From Wolbachia endosymbiont of Cimex lectularius (GTDB lineage Bacteria > Pseudomonadota > Alphaproteobacteria > Rickettsiales > Anaplasmataceae), in contig NZ_AP013028.1 in assembly GCF_000829315.1 (NCBI RefSeq), positions 1,110,001 to 1,142,000 on the forward strand: a stretch of DNA of 32,000 nt, given 5' to 3'. Below, one piece after another: positions 21,061-30,049 of the stretch; the stretch's first letter is position 1; each line of letters begins with the position of its first letter. Both the position numbers and the translations under genes were made by a program. The notes beneath the pieces were generated by a model, which did no database searches, was not told where the DNA came from, and worked only from the letters and a program-made list of their open reading frames with translations.

Positions 21061-21657
21061 ATGAGACTAATAACAAGCTTTTTACTTGGAATTTTTCTGA
21101 TTACACAGAGTGGTTGTACACCACTTATAATAGGTAGCGTAGTGGCTACAGCAACGGCAACAGCAATAACAACACAAGATAAATCTTTGGGAAATATTGT
21201 TGATGATACAACTATGGTAATCAGAATCAATAAGGGACTCCTAAAGCACGGACTATTTTCATCTATAAAGGTTAAAGTAAGCGAAGGAAGAGTATTGCTC
21301 ATTGGAAACGTTGATACCCCTGAAAAGCAACTCATAGCAGAGAAAATAGCTTGGCAACAAAAAGAAGTTAAAGAAGTAATAAATGAAATAAGAGTAATAC
21401 CAATACAAACAACTTCCATGCTTGACACTACCGTAGACGGTATGATAACGGCGGAAATAAGAACAAGACTTTTAGGGAAAAGAAATATCAAATCAATTAA
21501 TTATAGCGTTAATACGGTTGATAGAGTTGTTTATTTGATGGGTATAGCTCAAAATAAAGCAGAACTAAAAGCTGTAATAGCAATTGCAAGAAAAGTAAAA
21601 GGGGTAAAACAAGTTGTAAGTTATGTACGATATAGACACAGCAAATTACGCCATTAA
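21061..21657 (+). CDS. BON domain-containing lipoprotein/secreted protein
   Basis: N-term MRLITSFLLGIFLITQSGCTPLIIG (lipobox QSGC); two BON-like repeats (VKVSEGRVLLIGNVDTPEKQLIAEKIAWQQKEVKEVINEI; VDRVVYLMGIAQNKAELKAVIAIARKVKGVKQVVSYV). Confidence 0.88.
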   Translation: MRLITSFLLGIFLITQSGCTPLIIGSVVATATATAITTQDKSLGNIVDDTTMVIRINKGLLKHGLFSSIKVKVSEGRVLLIGNVDTPEKQLIAEKIAWQQKEVKEVINEIRVIPIQTTSMLDTTVDGMITAEIRTRLLGKRNIKSINYSVNTVDRVVYLMGIAQNKAELKAVIAIARKVKGVKQVVSYVRYRHSKLRH

Positions 21658-21699
21658 TGGAAATTTAGTTCCCAGTTACAATTTTATATCAAAGGTGAT

Positions 21700-22638
21700 G
21701 TGCAAATGAGAGTAGCTTTTCAAATGGATGAGAATATAAACTTTGAAACTGACACCACATTTGCATTAATAAAGGAGGCACAAAGGAGGAAGCACGAAGT
21801 TTTCTTCTATGTCCCTAACAATTTAGCACTAAATTTAAATCAGCCAATCGCTCTTGCTCAGAAAGTCAGCGTTGACGATTTTAGTTTCATCTCTAAAAAA
21901 GATGTAACCATCAACTTGAGTGAAATGGATATCATATTTATCAGACAGGATCCACTCTTTGATGTGCGTTATATTACAACCACCTATATTTTAGAAAAAA
22001 CTAGCGCATTGGTAATTAATAATCCAACGGAGATAAGAAACTGTCCCGAAAAACTAATTACTTCACTGTTTCCAGAGCTAACTCCACCAACTTTAATTAC
22101 TGAGAATGTATCGATGATTAGAGATTTTTACCATGATTACAGAGATATTATCCTGAAACCATTGTATAGCTATGGAGGAAACGATGTAATAAGAATACAA
22201 GATGAAAACAGTATTCAAGTAGTAGTTGAACTCATGATCGCAAAATATGAGTGTCCTGTGATTGCACAAGCATTTTGCAAAAATATAGATAAAGATAAAA
22301 GAATACTGTTACTCGATGGCCAACCAATTGGAATAATGAAACGAGTTCCAAGAGATGGAGAGATCAGAACAAACTTGCGGCTCGGAGCGAGCTTTGAACC
22401 TGCTCAGATGAACGACAGAGACAATGAAATATGCAATAAAATTGGCCCTGAATTAAAGAAAAGAGGGCTAATATTTGTTGGTATTGACATTATAGGTGAC
22501 TTTCTTCTCGAAATTAACACAACTTCACCCACGGGAGTAGTTTACGTCAACAAATTATATAATACATTGCTAGAAAGAAATCTTTGGGATACATTCGAAG
22601 AAAAAGCAAGCAGCCATATCCGTCAGCTAAATTCTTGA
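21700..22638 (+). CDS. gshB: glutathione synthetase
   Basis: VAFQMDENINFETDTTFALIKEAQRRKHEV, RQDPLFDVRYITTTYILE, KPLYSYGGNDVIRI, LLEINTTSPTGV. Confidence 0.95.
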   Translation: MQMRVAFQMDENINFETDTTFALIKEAQRRKHEVFFYVPNNLALNLNQPIALAQKVSVDDFSFISKKDVTINLSEMDIIFIRQDPLFDVRYITTTYILEKTSALVINNPTEIRNCPEKLITSLFPELTPPTLITENVSMIRDFYHDYRDIILKPLYSYGGNDVIRIQDENSIQVVVELMIAKYECPVIAQAFCKNIDKDKRILLLDGQPIGIMKRVPRDGEIRTNLRLGASFEPAQMNDRDNEICNKIGPELKKRGLIFVGIDIIGDFLLEINTTSPTGVVYVNKLYNTLLERNLWDTFEEKASSHIRQLNS

Positions 22639-23654
22639 GCTATTACCTTAATAAATTCAGTAACCCCATTCCTTATTTTTGTTCTCTTAGTATTACTAGC
22701 CATATCACGCAATTTTTGACAATTTTGTAATAGATCAACTAGCAACTCTCTTAAATTTTTTTTCACTTCACTGTTTTGCTCAACTGTTACAGCCGCCCTT
22801 GAATCTTCAATATATTTTGCGTTATAAAATTGATGACTATCTTTTGAGTGAGGATAAGGAATATATATAGCGGGGCGCTCAGCAAGAGTAATTTCCGCTA
22901 TCGAGGTTGCTCCTGCTCTGCTAATTACCAAATGAGTACTTGCCAACCTATTTTCCATATCGTCAAAAAACTCACTTAATTCACAATCGATTCTTTCACT
23001 CTCATATAGGCCCCTAACTTTATCCATATTTTTCTTCGTGCATTGCTGCGTTACTCTAATCTTCCCTTTCATTTCAGTAGGCAGACTACAAATCACGTCA
23101 CTTACTACATCATCAAAAGAATTTGCACCTTGACTACCTGCTATTATTAATATGTTTAGGGTTTTTTCAGTACAAGAATAGCCTTGCGCCTTTATATTAA
23201 CGAAATTCCCTGTAAAAACACATTTACTGTTCCTCGCATATTTAGTCTCTGGAAAGCTAGTTGCAATTAATTTTGCACTTTTGGAAAAGAATCTGTTTAC
23301 CCTCCCTAAAACTGTATTTTGTTCATGCAAAATTATAAGTATAGAGAGAATCTTTGCTGCAAGGAGAGTTGGAAAAGAAGCATAGCTACCAAAACCAATG
23401 ACTAGCTTTGGTTTCAATTTTCTTATTTGATACAGTGCTAACACACAACTACATATCAAAAAAAGAAAAAACTTAAATTTATTGCTGCTTGGCTTACATA
23501 ACGGCAGGGTATAACTCTCCATATCAGTATTTTTATCTGTTTTTTTATCAGTAAATAATGTGCTATTATATCCTTGTATCTTTAGTGCTCTTGCTAAGGT
23601 TATAGCTGGAAAAATGTGTCCGCCTGTACCACCTGTTGCTAGAATGATATTCAT
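22623..23654 (-). CDS. murG: UDP-N-acetylglucosamine--N-acetylmuramyl-(pentapeptide) pyrophosphoryl-undecaprenol N-acetylglucosamine transferase
   Basis: IILATGGTGGHIFPAITLARAL, GFGSYASFPTLLAAKIL, HEQNTVLGRVNR, SRAGATSIAEITLAERPAIYIPYPHS. Start placed at internal Met 13 of the 23690 ORF. Confidence 0.95.
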   Translation of the reverse strand: MNIILATGGTGGHIFPAITLARALKIQGYNSTLFTDKKTDKNTDMESYTLPLCKPSSNKFKFFLFLICSCVLALYQIRKLKPKLVIGFGSYASFPTLLAAKILSILIILHEQNTVLGRVNRFFSKSAKLIATSFPETKYARNSKCVFTGNFVNIKAQGYSCTEKTLNILIIAGSQGANSFDDVVSDVICSLPTEMKGKIRVTQQCTKKNMDKVRGLYESERIDCELSEFFDDMENRLASTHLVISRAGATSIAEITLAERPAIYIPYPHSKDSHQFYNAKYIEDSRAAVTVEQNSEVKKNLRELLVDLLQNCQKLRDMASNTKRTKIRNGVTEFIKVIAQEFS

Positions 23655-23746
23655 CTGTGTATAGCAAATTGATACTAGATTGTTAACCATTACTTAACAA
23701 TTTGCACGTAAAATTTTACTAAGCTTTATATGGTAGGGAATCAAAA

Positions 23747-24127
23747 ATGTCTGAAAACAATAGTAAAAAAGAATCTAACGTGAAAAATAAGCCTCAAGAA
23801 CAAGGAGAAGGCAAAAGCGGAGGTTTTGTAGGACTGTTAAAAGATATAATAAAAGCTCTCTTCAATTCGGTTGTTGATCTACCTCAGCAAGAGCAATGTA
23901 AAAATTACAATCAGCAAGAAGGTAAAGATATGAGTACTGAAACAACAGTCAAGCAAAGGGGTAAAAAAAATCCAGAGGATCTTGATCAAAAGCAAGTGAA
24001 AAAAGCAGCTGAAGGGTTAAAAGAAAGGTTACAGAAATCTGGTGCTAGTAATCAACCTGTCGGAATTGAAGTACCCAGTCAAGCTACAACTCAAGATGTT
24101 GATGATGTCAAAGCAATGGAACGCTAA
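23747..24127 (+). CDS. hypothetical hydrophilic protein, 126 aa
   Basis: MSENNSKKESNVKNKPQEQGEGKSGGFVGLLKDIIKALFNSVVDLPQQEQ...; charged/low-complexity with one amphipathic segment; intact ORF between murG and lpdA. Confidence 0.65.
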   Translation: MSENNSKKESNVKNKPQEQGEGKSGGFVGLLKDIIKALFNSVVDLPQQEQCKNYNQQEGKDMSTETTVKQRGKKNPEDLDQKQVKKAAEGLKERLQKSGASNQPVGIEVPSQATTQDVDDVKAMER

Positions 24128-24128
24128 T

Positions 24129-25514
24129 TCAACTGTTTAACGATTCATCGTCTGCCGCAAGAACCGATTCATGTATCATTTCTGAAATGGTCGGATGAGG
24201 AAAGATCGTAGACTTTATGTCGGAGTCTGTTCCTTCTAGTTGCTTTGCAAGAGCAAAATTGCTAATTAACTCTGTTACTTCTGCTCCTATCATGTGAGCG
24301 CCAAGAAGTTCGCCTGTTTTTTTATCAACCACTGTTTTTACTAACCCTTCGGTTTCACCGAGTGCAATAGACTTACCATTAAAATTAGAATGAAATTTTC
24401 CTATTTTTACATCATACCCATTTTTTATTGCCTGTTCTTCAGTAAGGCCAATACTTGCTATTTGCGGGTGAGAGTAAGTGCAATTTGGTATGCACTCTTT
24501 TTTTAACTTATGAGGACTTTTGTCAGCAATCTTTTCAACGCAGATCACAGCTTCATGACTTGCCTTATGCGCTAAACATGGCGGGCCAGCTACATCGCCT
24601 ATCGCATACACGTTAGGTTCACTTGTTTCATACCATTCATTCGTTTCAATAAAACCAGAAGAGCTTAATTTAATTTTTGTATTTTCTAACCCTATATTTT
24701 CAGTGTTTGCCTGAACGCCAACTGCAATAATTACTCTATCAAATTCTTTGCTCTTACCACTACTTAGTTGCACTTGAGTAGAGCCTTTATTTTTAGTAAA
24801 AGTTTTTACACTATTGTTTGTACATATTTTTATTCCCTGTCTTATAAGTATTTCTTGCGCTAAATTTGAAATCTCTCTATCTTCCAGCGGTAAAATAGTG
24901 TCTTTTACTTCTACAATTGTTACTTCGACTCCCAAAGTACTATAAAAACTTGCAAATTCTACTCCAATTGCACCAGATCCTATAATTAGTAGCGATTTTG
25001 GCAGTCTATCTGGAGTCATAGCATGCTGTGCATTCCATATTAAATCCCCATCTACCTCTATTCCAGGCAGATTTCGCGCTCTCACACCTGTTGCTAAAAT
25101 AATATGCTTGGAAACAACTTCTTGTTCCTCCTTACTATTGAAGATTTTTATAGTATGGTTACCCGCAAGTTTACCAAGTCCTTGGTGAATTTTGATGTTA
25201 TTCTTCTTCATCAAATACGCAACACCTTTTGATAACTTATCGACAACATTCCTCGAGTATCTCACTATCGACTGAATATCAAAGCTTGTATCTTTTACTT
25301 TTATACCAAATTCCTCTGATCTTCTTATTAACCTATAAATTTCAGATGCTCTAAGCAGAGATTTTGTTGGTATACACCCCCAATTTAAGCATATACCACC
25401 TAAATTCTTCTCTTTCTCAATAACCGCAGTTTTAAACCCAAGCTGCGCTGCTCTAATTGCTGCTATATAACCACCAGGACCGCTACCTATAACCGTAACA
25501 TCATACTCACTCAT
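24129..25514 (-). CDS. lpdA: dihydrolipoyl dehydrogenase
   Basis: TVIGSGPGGYIAAIRAAQLG, GGICLNWGCIPTKSLL (redox disulfide), AIGDVAGPPCLAHKASHE, HPHPTISE-like FPHPTISEM. Confidence 0.95.
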   Translation of the reverse strand: MSEYDVTVIGSGPGGYIAAIRAAQLGFKTAVIEKEKNLGGICLNWGCIPTKSLLRASEIYRLIRRSEEFGIKVKDTSFDIQSIVRYSRNVVDKLSKGVAYLMKKNNIKIHQGLGKLAGNHTIKIFNSKEEQEVVSKHIILATGVRARNLPGIEVDGDLIWNAQHAMTPDRLPKSLLIIGSGAIGVEFASFYSTLGVEVTIVEVKDTILPLEDREISNLAQEILIRQGIKICTNNSVKTFTKNKGSTQVQLSSGKSKEFDRVIIAVGVQANTENIGLENTKIKLSSSGFIETNEWYETSEPNVYAIGDVAGPPCLAHKASHEAVICVEKIADKSPHKLKKECIPNCTYSHPQIASIGLTEEQAIKNGYDVKIGKFHSNFNGKSIALGETEGLVKTVVDKKTGELLGAHMIGAEVTELISNFALAKQLEGTDSDIKSTIFPHPTISEMIHESVLAADDESLNS

Positions 25515-25606
25515 CAGTTTTCTTCGTATTAAAAAAGATTATATATAACAGACGGAACCTATATAATCAACGGCGTTATCTCTTGTCATCCAAGTAGCCT
25601 TTTTTT

Positions 25607-25636
25607 GTCATTCCAGTGCTCAACACTGGAATCCAG
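25607..25636. repeat. Short palindromic fragment related to family A core
   Basis: ttccagtgctcaacactggaa: perfect 8-bp arms TTCCAGTG/CACTGGAA. Confidence 0.6.
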
Positions 25637-25658
25637 GATACTACTTTAGTAATAAATA

Positions 25659-26040
25659 TTTAAGAAATTTACTAGATGAGAAAAAAAGCAAAAGAAGCCC
25701 TGGTCAATGTCTGTTCAAAAACATTGGCATCTTTTTAGCCTTAAACGCTGCAATTTAGCTGCTTTTAAACTACAACTAACCTTGACTTAAACGTTAAGAA
25801 ATTTACTAAGCAGAAAAAAAGGCAAAAGAAATCCCGTGATAGAAGTTGCTCACTCTCTAATCCTGCAAATTGGCGTACTATACTGTCTTGAACGACTTAT
25901 AAGCGCGTTTCAGCTTGTATAGGGGAAAACCTAGAAGTCTAGGTGAAATTAATAAAGACATGAGGTGCACAGATTGAAGCTAAATAAATAGCTCTAATAC
26001 CATAATAAGGGAACTGAAGGAATTTGTCAAGTAGTTTTTT
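25659..26040 (+). repeat. Dispersed intergenic repeat, family B copy 3 (upstream of rpsA)
   Basis: ttaagaaatttactagatgagaaaaaaagcaaaagaagccctgg ... cttgaacgacttataagcgcgtttcagcttgtatagggg ... aatttgtcaagtagtttttt. Confidence 0.85.
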
Positions 26041-26104
26041 CACACATGCCAAAAGCTGTTTTTTTTATGCGAGAAGTCTATCAGTGAGTTAACAAAAAAA
26101 CTGC

Positions 26105-26132
26105 TTGTAACTAATTGTTAATACTATATAAT
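26105..26132 (+). promoter_or_regulatory. Putative sigma70-type promoter for rpsA
   Basis: TTGTAA - 16 nt - TATAAT, 41 nt upstream of the rpsA start. Confidence 0.45.
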
Positions 26133-26172
26133 GTATTATTTCTAATAAAGTTTAAATTGAAGGACACATTGC

Positions 26173-27825
26173 ATGAATAATAATGATCCAACGGTAAATC
26201 TACCAATCAGTATCAGAAAACTATCGTCAAACAAGTTCATAGAAGATATATGTCAAGGCCAGTTTGAAGATCAAAGTAACATTTTATTTGAAGATTCTTT
26301 TATTAATAAAATTAAGGAAGGAGATGTAGTAGAAGGTGTCATTACACGGGTAAATCCTAATGATATCGTGGTCGACGTTGGCTTAAAGTCTGATGGGAGA
26401 ATTCCAATCAAGGAGCTTGGTTGCAACGATGAGATTGTTATTGGTTCTAAAATTAGAGTTTATGTAGAGAGAATTGAAGACTATCATGGTAATGTAGTTC
26501 TTAGCCGTGAAAAAGCAATTAGGGACGAAAAATGGCATAAACTGGAAGAAGATGCAGTTACAAGAGCTGAAGTCAGTGGAGTTATCAAACGCTCAATTAA
26601 ATGCGGCTTTATTGTTGATCTTGGCGACGGAATAACTGCCTTTTTGCCGCTGAGTCATGTTGATCTGAAGCAAGTAAAAGATGTCAAGCACCTTATTGAA
26701 ACTGAGCAAAAGTTCATCGTGCTTAAAATGGATAAGAAACAGGGTAACATTGTAGTATCAAGGAAGTTAGTATTAGAAAAATTGCATGCTGGTGAAAAAA
26801 CCAAGTTTTTAGAGTCTTTAAATGAGGGTGATATAATAGAAGGAAAAATAAAAAGCATTACTCATTATGGTGTATTCGTTGGCATTCACGAGTCAGATGC
26901 AGTAGGAGTTATAGATGGATTGCTACATATCACAGATATCTCTTGGAGTAGGGTAAGTCACCCATCTGCAGTTTTTGCTTGTGGCCAGACCATAAAGGTC
27001 AAAATTATAAAAATAGATAAGGAAAATGCAAAAGTTTCCCTAGGCATAAAGCAGCTAGAAGATAACCCTTGGCAAGATGTAGAGTCAAAGTATCCGATTG
27101 ACAGCGTTCATAAAGGGCATATAACAAGCATAGAAGATTATGGGTTATTTGTTGAACTTCAGCCTGGAATCGAAGGTTTAGTTCACTCATCAGAAATAAC
27201 TTGGGTTAAGAGCAATCTACCAGTGAGTAGTCTTGTAACTAGGGGGCAAGAAGTGTCTGTTAAAATTCTCAGTATCGATACTACTAAAAACAGAATGAGT
27301 TTGAGTATGAAAAGGTGTGTGGATAACCCTTGGCAAGTATTTGTCGATAAATACCCTCCTGGCTCCATTGTCTCTGGTAAGGTTAAAAATAATGCTGGCT
27401 CATATATATCTGTTACTTTTGATGATCGTGAAATAGACGAAAATGTTGAAGGGACAATTTATATGCAAGATCTAAGTTGGTCTAAAAATGGCTCAGGTGA
27501 GATAAGAAAGTATAATATGGGCGATGTGATAGAGGCAAAAGTAATAAGGGCTAACGTGAATCGAACAAGAATTCACCTTGGCATAAAGCAAATAGAGTAT
27601 GATCCACTTATAGAACTGATAAAGAAAGTCAAGGTAGGAGACAAAATGCAGGTTACCGTAGGTAAGAGAGAAGATGGTGGACTAGTTGTTGAAGTTGAAA
27701 ATGATGTAACCCTCTTAATAGATCAAGAGCATCTACCGGAAAATAAAAAGTTTTCTATGTCAGAAAGGATAGAAGTTGAAGTATTGGGCGTTGAAGAATA
27801 TAATATAATATTATCTGCTAAATGA
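26173..27825 (+). CDS. rpsA: 30S ribosomal protein S1
   Basis: 550 aa with multiple S1 domains (GDVVEGVITRVNPNDIVVDVGLKSDGRIPIKE; GDIIEGKIKSITHYGVFVGI...DGLLHITDISW; GHITSIEDYGLFVELQPGIEGLVHSSEI). Confidence 0.96.
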   Translation: MNNNDPTVNLPISIRKLSSNKFIEDICQGQFEDQSNILFEDSFINKIKEGDVVEGVITRVNPNDIVVDVGLKSDGRIPIKELGCNDEIVIGSKIRVYVERIEDYHGNVVLSREKAIRDEKWHKLEEDAVTRAEVSGVIKRSIKCGFIVDLGDGITAFLPLSHVDLKQVKDVKHLIETEQKFIVLKMDKKQGNIVVSRKLVLEKLHAGEKTKFLESLNEGDIIEGKIKSITHYGVFVGIHESDAVGVIDGLLHITDISWSRVSHPSAVFACGQTIKVKIIKIDKENAKVSLGIKQLEDNPWQDVESKYPIDSVHKGHITSIEDYGLFVELQPGIEGLVHSSEITWVKSNLPVSSLVTRGQEVSVKILSIDTTKNRMSLSMKRCVDNPWQVFVDKYPPGSIVSGKVKNNAGSYISVTFDDREIDENVEGTIYMQDLSWSKNGSGEIRKYNMGDVIEAKVIRANVNRTRIHLGIKQIEYDPLIELIKKVKVGDKMQVTVGKREDGGLVVEVENDVTLLIDQEHLPENKKFSMSERIEVEVLGVEEYNIILSAK

Positions 27826-27847
27826 TTGTAATTTTAGCTTCGTGTAA

Positions 27848-28126
27848 ATGGCAACGAAATCTAACATCATAACAAAGGTGGCAGAGAAGCATCCTTTCCT
27901 AGACAAAATGGTTATAGCAGCTATAGTCAACAGATTTTTTGAGATACTTTCGAGTACATTGAAGTGTCATAATAGAATTGAAATTAGGGGATTTGGCTCC
28001 TTTTCAATTAGGAGTTATAACTTGAAAGAGACAAGTCACTTTATGTCACAGAAGTTTGTAAAAAATCAATACTTTAAAACGTATTTTCGTAGCAGTAAAA
28101 AATTATCCTATTTAATAAATGAATAA
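27848..28126 (+). CDS. HU/IHF-family DNA-binding protein (IHF-beta position, downstream of rpsA), divergent arm region
   Basis: KSNIITKVAEKHPFLDKMVIAAIVNRFFEILSSTLKCHNRIEIRGFGSFSIRSY...VKNQYFKTYFRSSKKLSYLIN. Confidence 0.78.
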   Translation: MATKSNIITKVAEKHPFLDKMVIAAIVNRFFEILSSTLKCHNRIEIRGFGSFSIRSYNLKETSHFMSQKFVKNQYFKTYFRSSKKLSYLINE

Positions 28127-28664
28127 AAGTTTATACAGTAAATAAGATGAAAGTGGGGGTAAGTTAACGTTATACAATAAAAGTTTTTAGCATTATATGC
28201 AAGTAGTAGAAATAGTTATACGCAACAGTACATACAAAATATCTTGTGAAAGTGGAAAAAAGGATCATTTATTGTACCTTGCTAATAATTTTAATAAGCT
28301 AGTTAGCTCTATATCTCAAAAAACTGGAGGTAAGAACCTGTTTAAAATCTTGGAAATGTGAGGTAAAGTAAGCATAGATTAATAATGAGGTGTCTATGCA
28401 GAAAAGTTATCCAGGTAATATAAGTCAAGAGCAGTTTGAAAAAATCAGGCCAATTTTGGAGAGTAGCAAGCAGAAAACAAAACCAAGAAAACTTGATTTG
28501 TATGACGTATTTTGTGGGGTGTTGTACGTCTTAAAAAGTGGTTGTCAGTGGAGGATGTTACCAAAGGGTTTTCCAAGATGGGAAAGCGTATATTACTATT
28601 TTCGAGTGTGGAGTAAAAAGAATGGAGAAGAGCCAAGCTTGTTGGAATTAGTCTTAGAACCTGT

Positions 28665-29129
28665 TTAAAATCTTCGCAACAGGAGAGAAATGAAGGAGAG
28701 GACTATCATCTGTAAGCTAGTGTTGAGCTCCCGCTCGCAATTTTTCCACAATCGCCTGCACTTTTCTAACCAGGCAAAAGAGCGCTCAACAACCCATCTT
28801 TTTGGCAATACGACGAAAGTGTGTAACTCACTTCGCTTTATTACTTCAACAGTCGCACCAATGATAGCTTTTATTTGTGTTGCAAAATTTTCTCCTGTGT
28901 AGCCAGCATCAACCAGTATGTTTTTAACTTCAGAGAGGTTTGCTTTAGCATTTTCGACCATCTTCACAGCACTGCTACGGTCAGTTGCTTCTGCCGTTGT
29001 TACATAAATTGCATGTGGCAAACCTTGTGTATCAACTGCAATATGGCGCTTTATCCCTGAAATCTTTTTACCTGCATCATAGCCTTTTTTTTTCAGCAGT
29101 ATCTGCGTTTTTAACGCTTTGAGAATCAA
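28665..29129 (-). CDS. IS5-family transposase, second half (orfB)
   Basis: GYDAGKKISGIKRHIAVDTQGLPHAIYVTTAEATDRSSAVKMVENA...ILVDAGYTGENFA...VLPKRWVVERSFAWLEKCRRLWKNCE. Confidence 0.88.
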   Translation of the reverse strand: MILKALKTQILLKKKGYDAGKKISGIKRHIAVDTQGLPHAIYVTTAEATDRSSAVKMVENAKANLSEVKNILVDAGYTGENFATQIKAIIGATVEVIKRSELHTFVVLPKRWVVERSFAWLEKCRRLWKNCERELNTSLQMIVLSFISLLLRRF

Positions 29130-29140
29130 TTATACAAAAG

Positions 29141-29461
29141 CTAGTTTTCTCTTTCCGACCATTGCTGATACGGACCTCTCCAACTAATTTTTTTTAAGAC
29201 TAATTCCAACAAGCTTGGCTCTTCTCCATTCTTTTTACTCCACACTCGAAAATAGTAATATATGCTTTTCCATCTTGGAAAACCCTTTGGTAACATCCTC
29301 CACTGACAACCACTTTTTAAGACGTACAACACGCCACAAAATACGTCATACAAATCAAGTTTTCTTGGTTTTGTTTTCTGCTTGCTACTCTCCAAAATTG
29401 GCCTGATTTTTTCAAACTGCTCTTGACTTATATTACTTGGATAACTTTTCCGCATAGACAC
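29141..29461 (-). CDS. IS5-family transposase, first half (orfA)
   Basis: SYPSNISQEQFEKIRPILESSKQKTKPRKLDLYDVFCGVLYVLKSGCQWRMLPKGFPRWKSIYYYFRVWSKKNGEEPSLLELVLKK. Confidence 0.88.
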   Translation of the reverse strand: MSMRKSYPSNISQEQFEKIRPILESSKQKTKPRKLDLYDVFCGVLYVLKSGCQWRMLPKGFPRWKSIYYYFRVWSKKNGEEPSLLELVLKKISWRGPYQQWSEREN

Positions 29462-29692
29462 CTCATTATTAATCTATGCTTACTTTACCTCACATTTCCA
29501 AGATTTTAAACAGGTTCTTAAAAAAAATTAGTTGGAGAGGTCCGTATCAGCAATGGTCGGAAAGAGAAAACTAGCTTTTGTATAATTGATTCTCAAAGCG
29601 TTAAAAACGCAGATACTGCTGAAAAAAAAGGCTATGATGCAGGTAAAAAGATTTCAGGGATAAAGCGCCATATTGCAGTTGATACACAAGGT

Positions 29693-30049
29693 TTGCCACA
29701 TGCAATTTATGTAACAACGGCAGAGGCAACTGACCGTAGCAGTGCTGTGAAAATGGTCGAAAATGCTAAAGCAAACCTCTCTGAAGTTAAAAACATACTG
29801 GTTGATGCTGGCTACACAGGAGAAAATTTTGCAACACAAATAAAAGCTATCATTGGTGCGACTGTTGAAGTAATAAAGCGAAGTGAGTTACACACTTTCG
29901 TCGTATTGCCAAAAAGATGGGTTGTTGAACGCTCTTTTGCCTGGTTAGAAAAGTGCAGGCGATTGTGGAAAAATTGCGAGCGGAAGCTCAACACTAGCTT
30001 ACAGATGATAGTCCTCTCCTTCATTTCTCTCCTGTTACGAAGATTTTAA
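29693..30049 (+). CDS. IS5-family transposase, C-terminal part (outer copy orfB)
   Basis: Nearly identical protein to 28665-29129; the same frame is open further upstream (...TSFCIIDSQSVKNADTAEKKGYDAG), but the reported start is TTG. Confidence 0.8.
   Translation: MPHAIYVTTAEATDRSSAVKMVENAKANLSEVKNILVDAGYTGENFATQIKAIIGATVEVIKRSELHTFVVLPKRWVVERSFAWLEKCRRLWKNCERKLNTSLQMIVLSFISLLLRRF

Larger units (their letters stand above)
28657..29517 (-). mobile_element. IS5-family insertion sequence (inner copy, ~861 bp) inserted into orfA of the outer copy in opposite orientation
   Basis: Same inverted repeats; TTA duplicated at 28654-28656 and 29518-29520; complete orfA (29141-29461) and orfB frame (28665-29129) on minus strand. 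Confidence 0.92.

Noticed and set aside
28390-28668. ORF 28390-28668 as a distinct small protein ending ...LVLEPV
   Set aside because: It is the outer orfA truncated by the inner IS; the EPV tail is translated from the inverted repeat.
28690-29060. Plus-strand ORFs within the inner IS, and their equivalents 29654-29839 and 29812-30024
   Set aside because: Antisense of transposase orfB; they recur only because the IS is duplicated.
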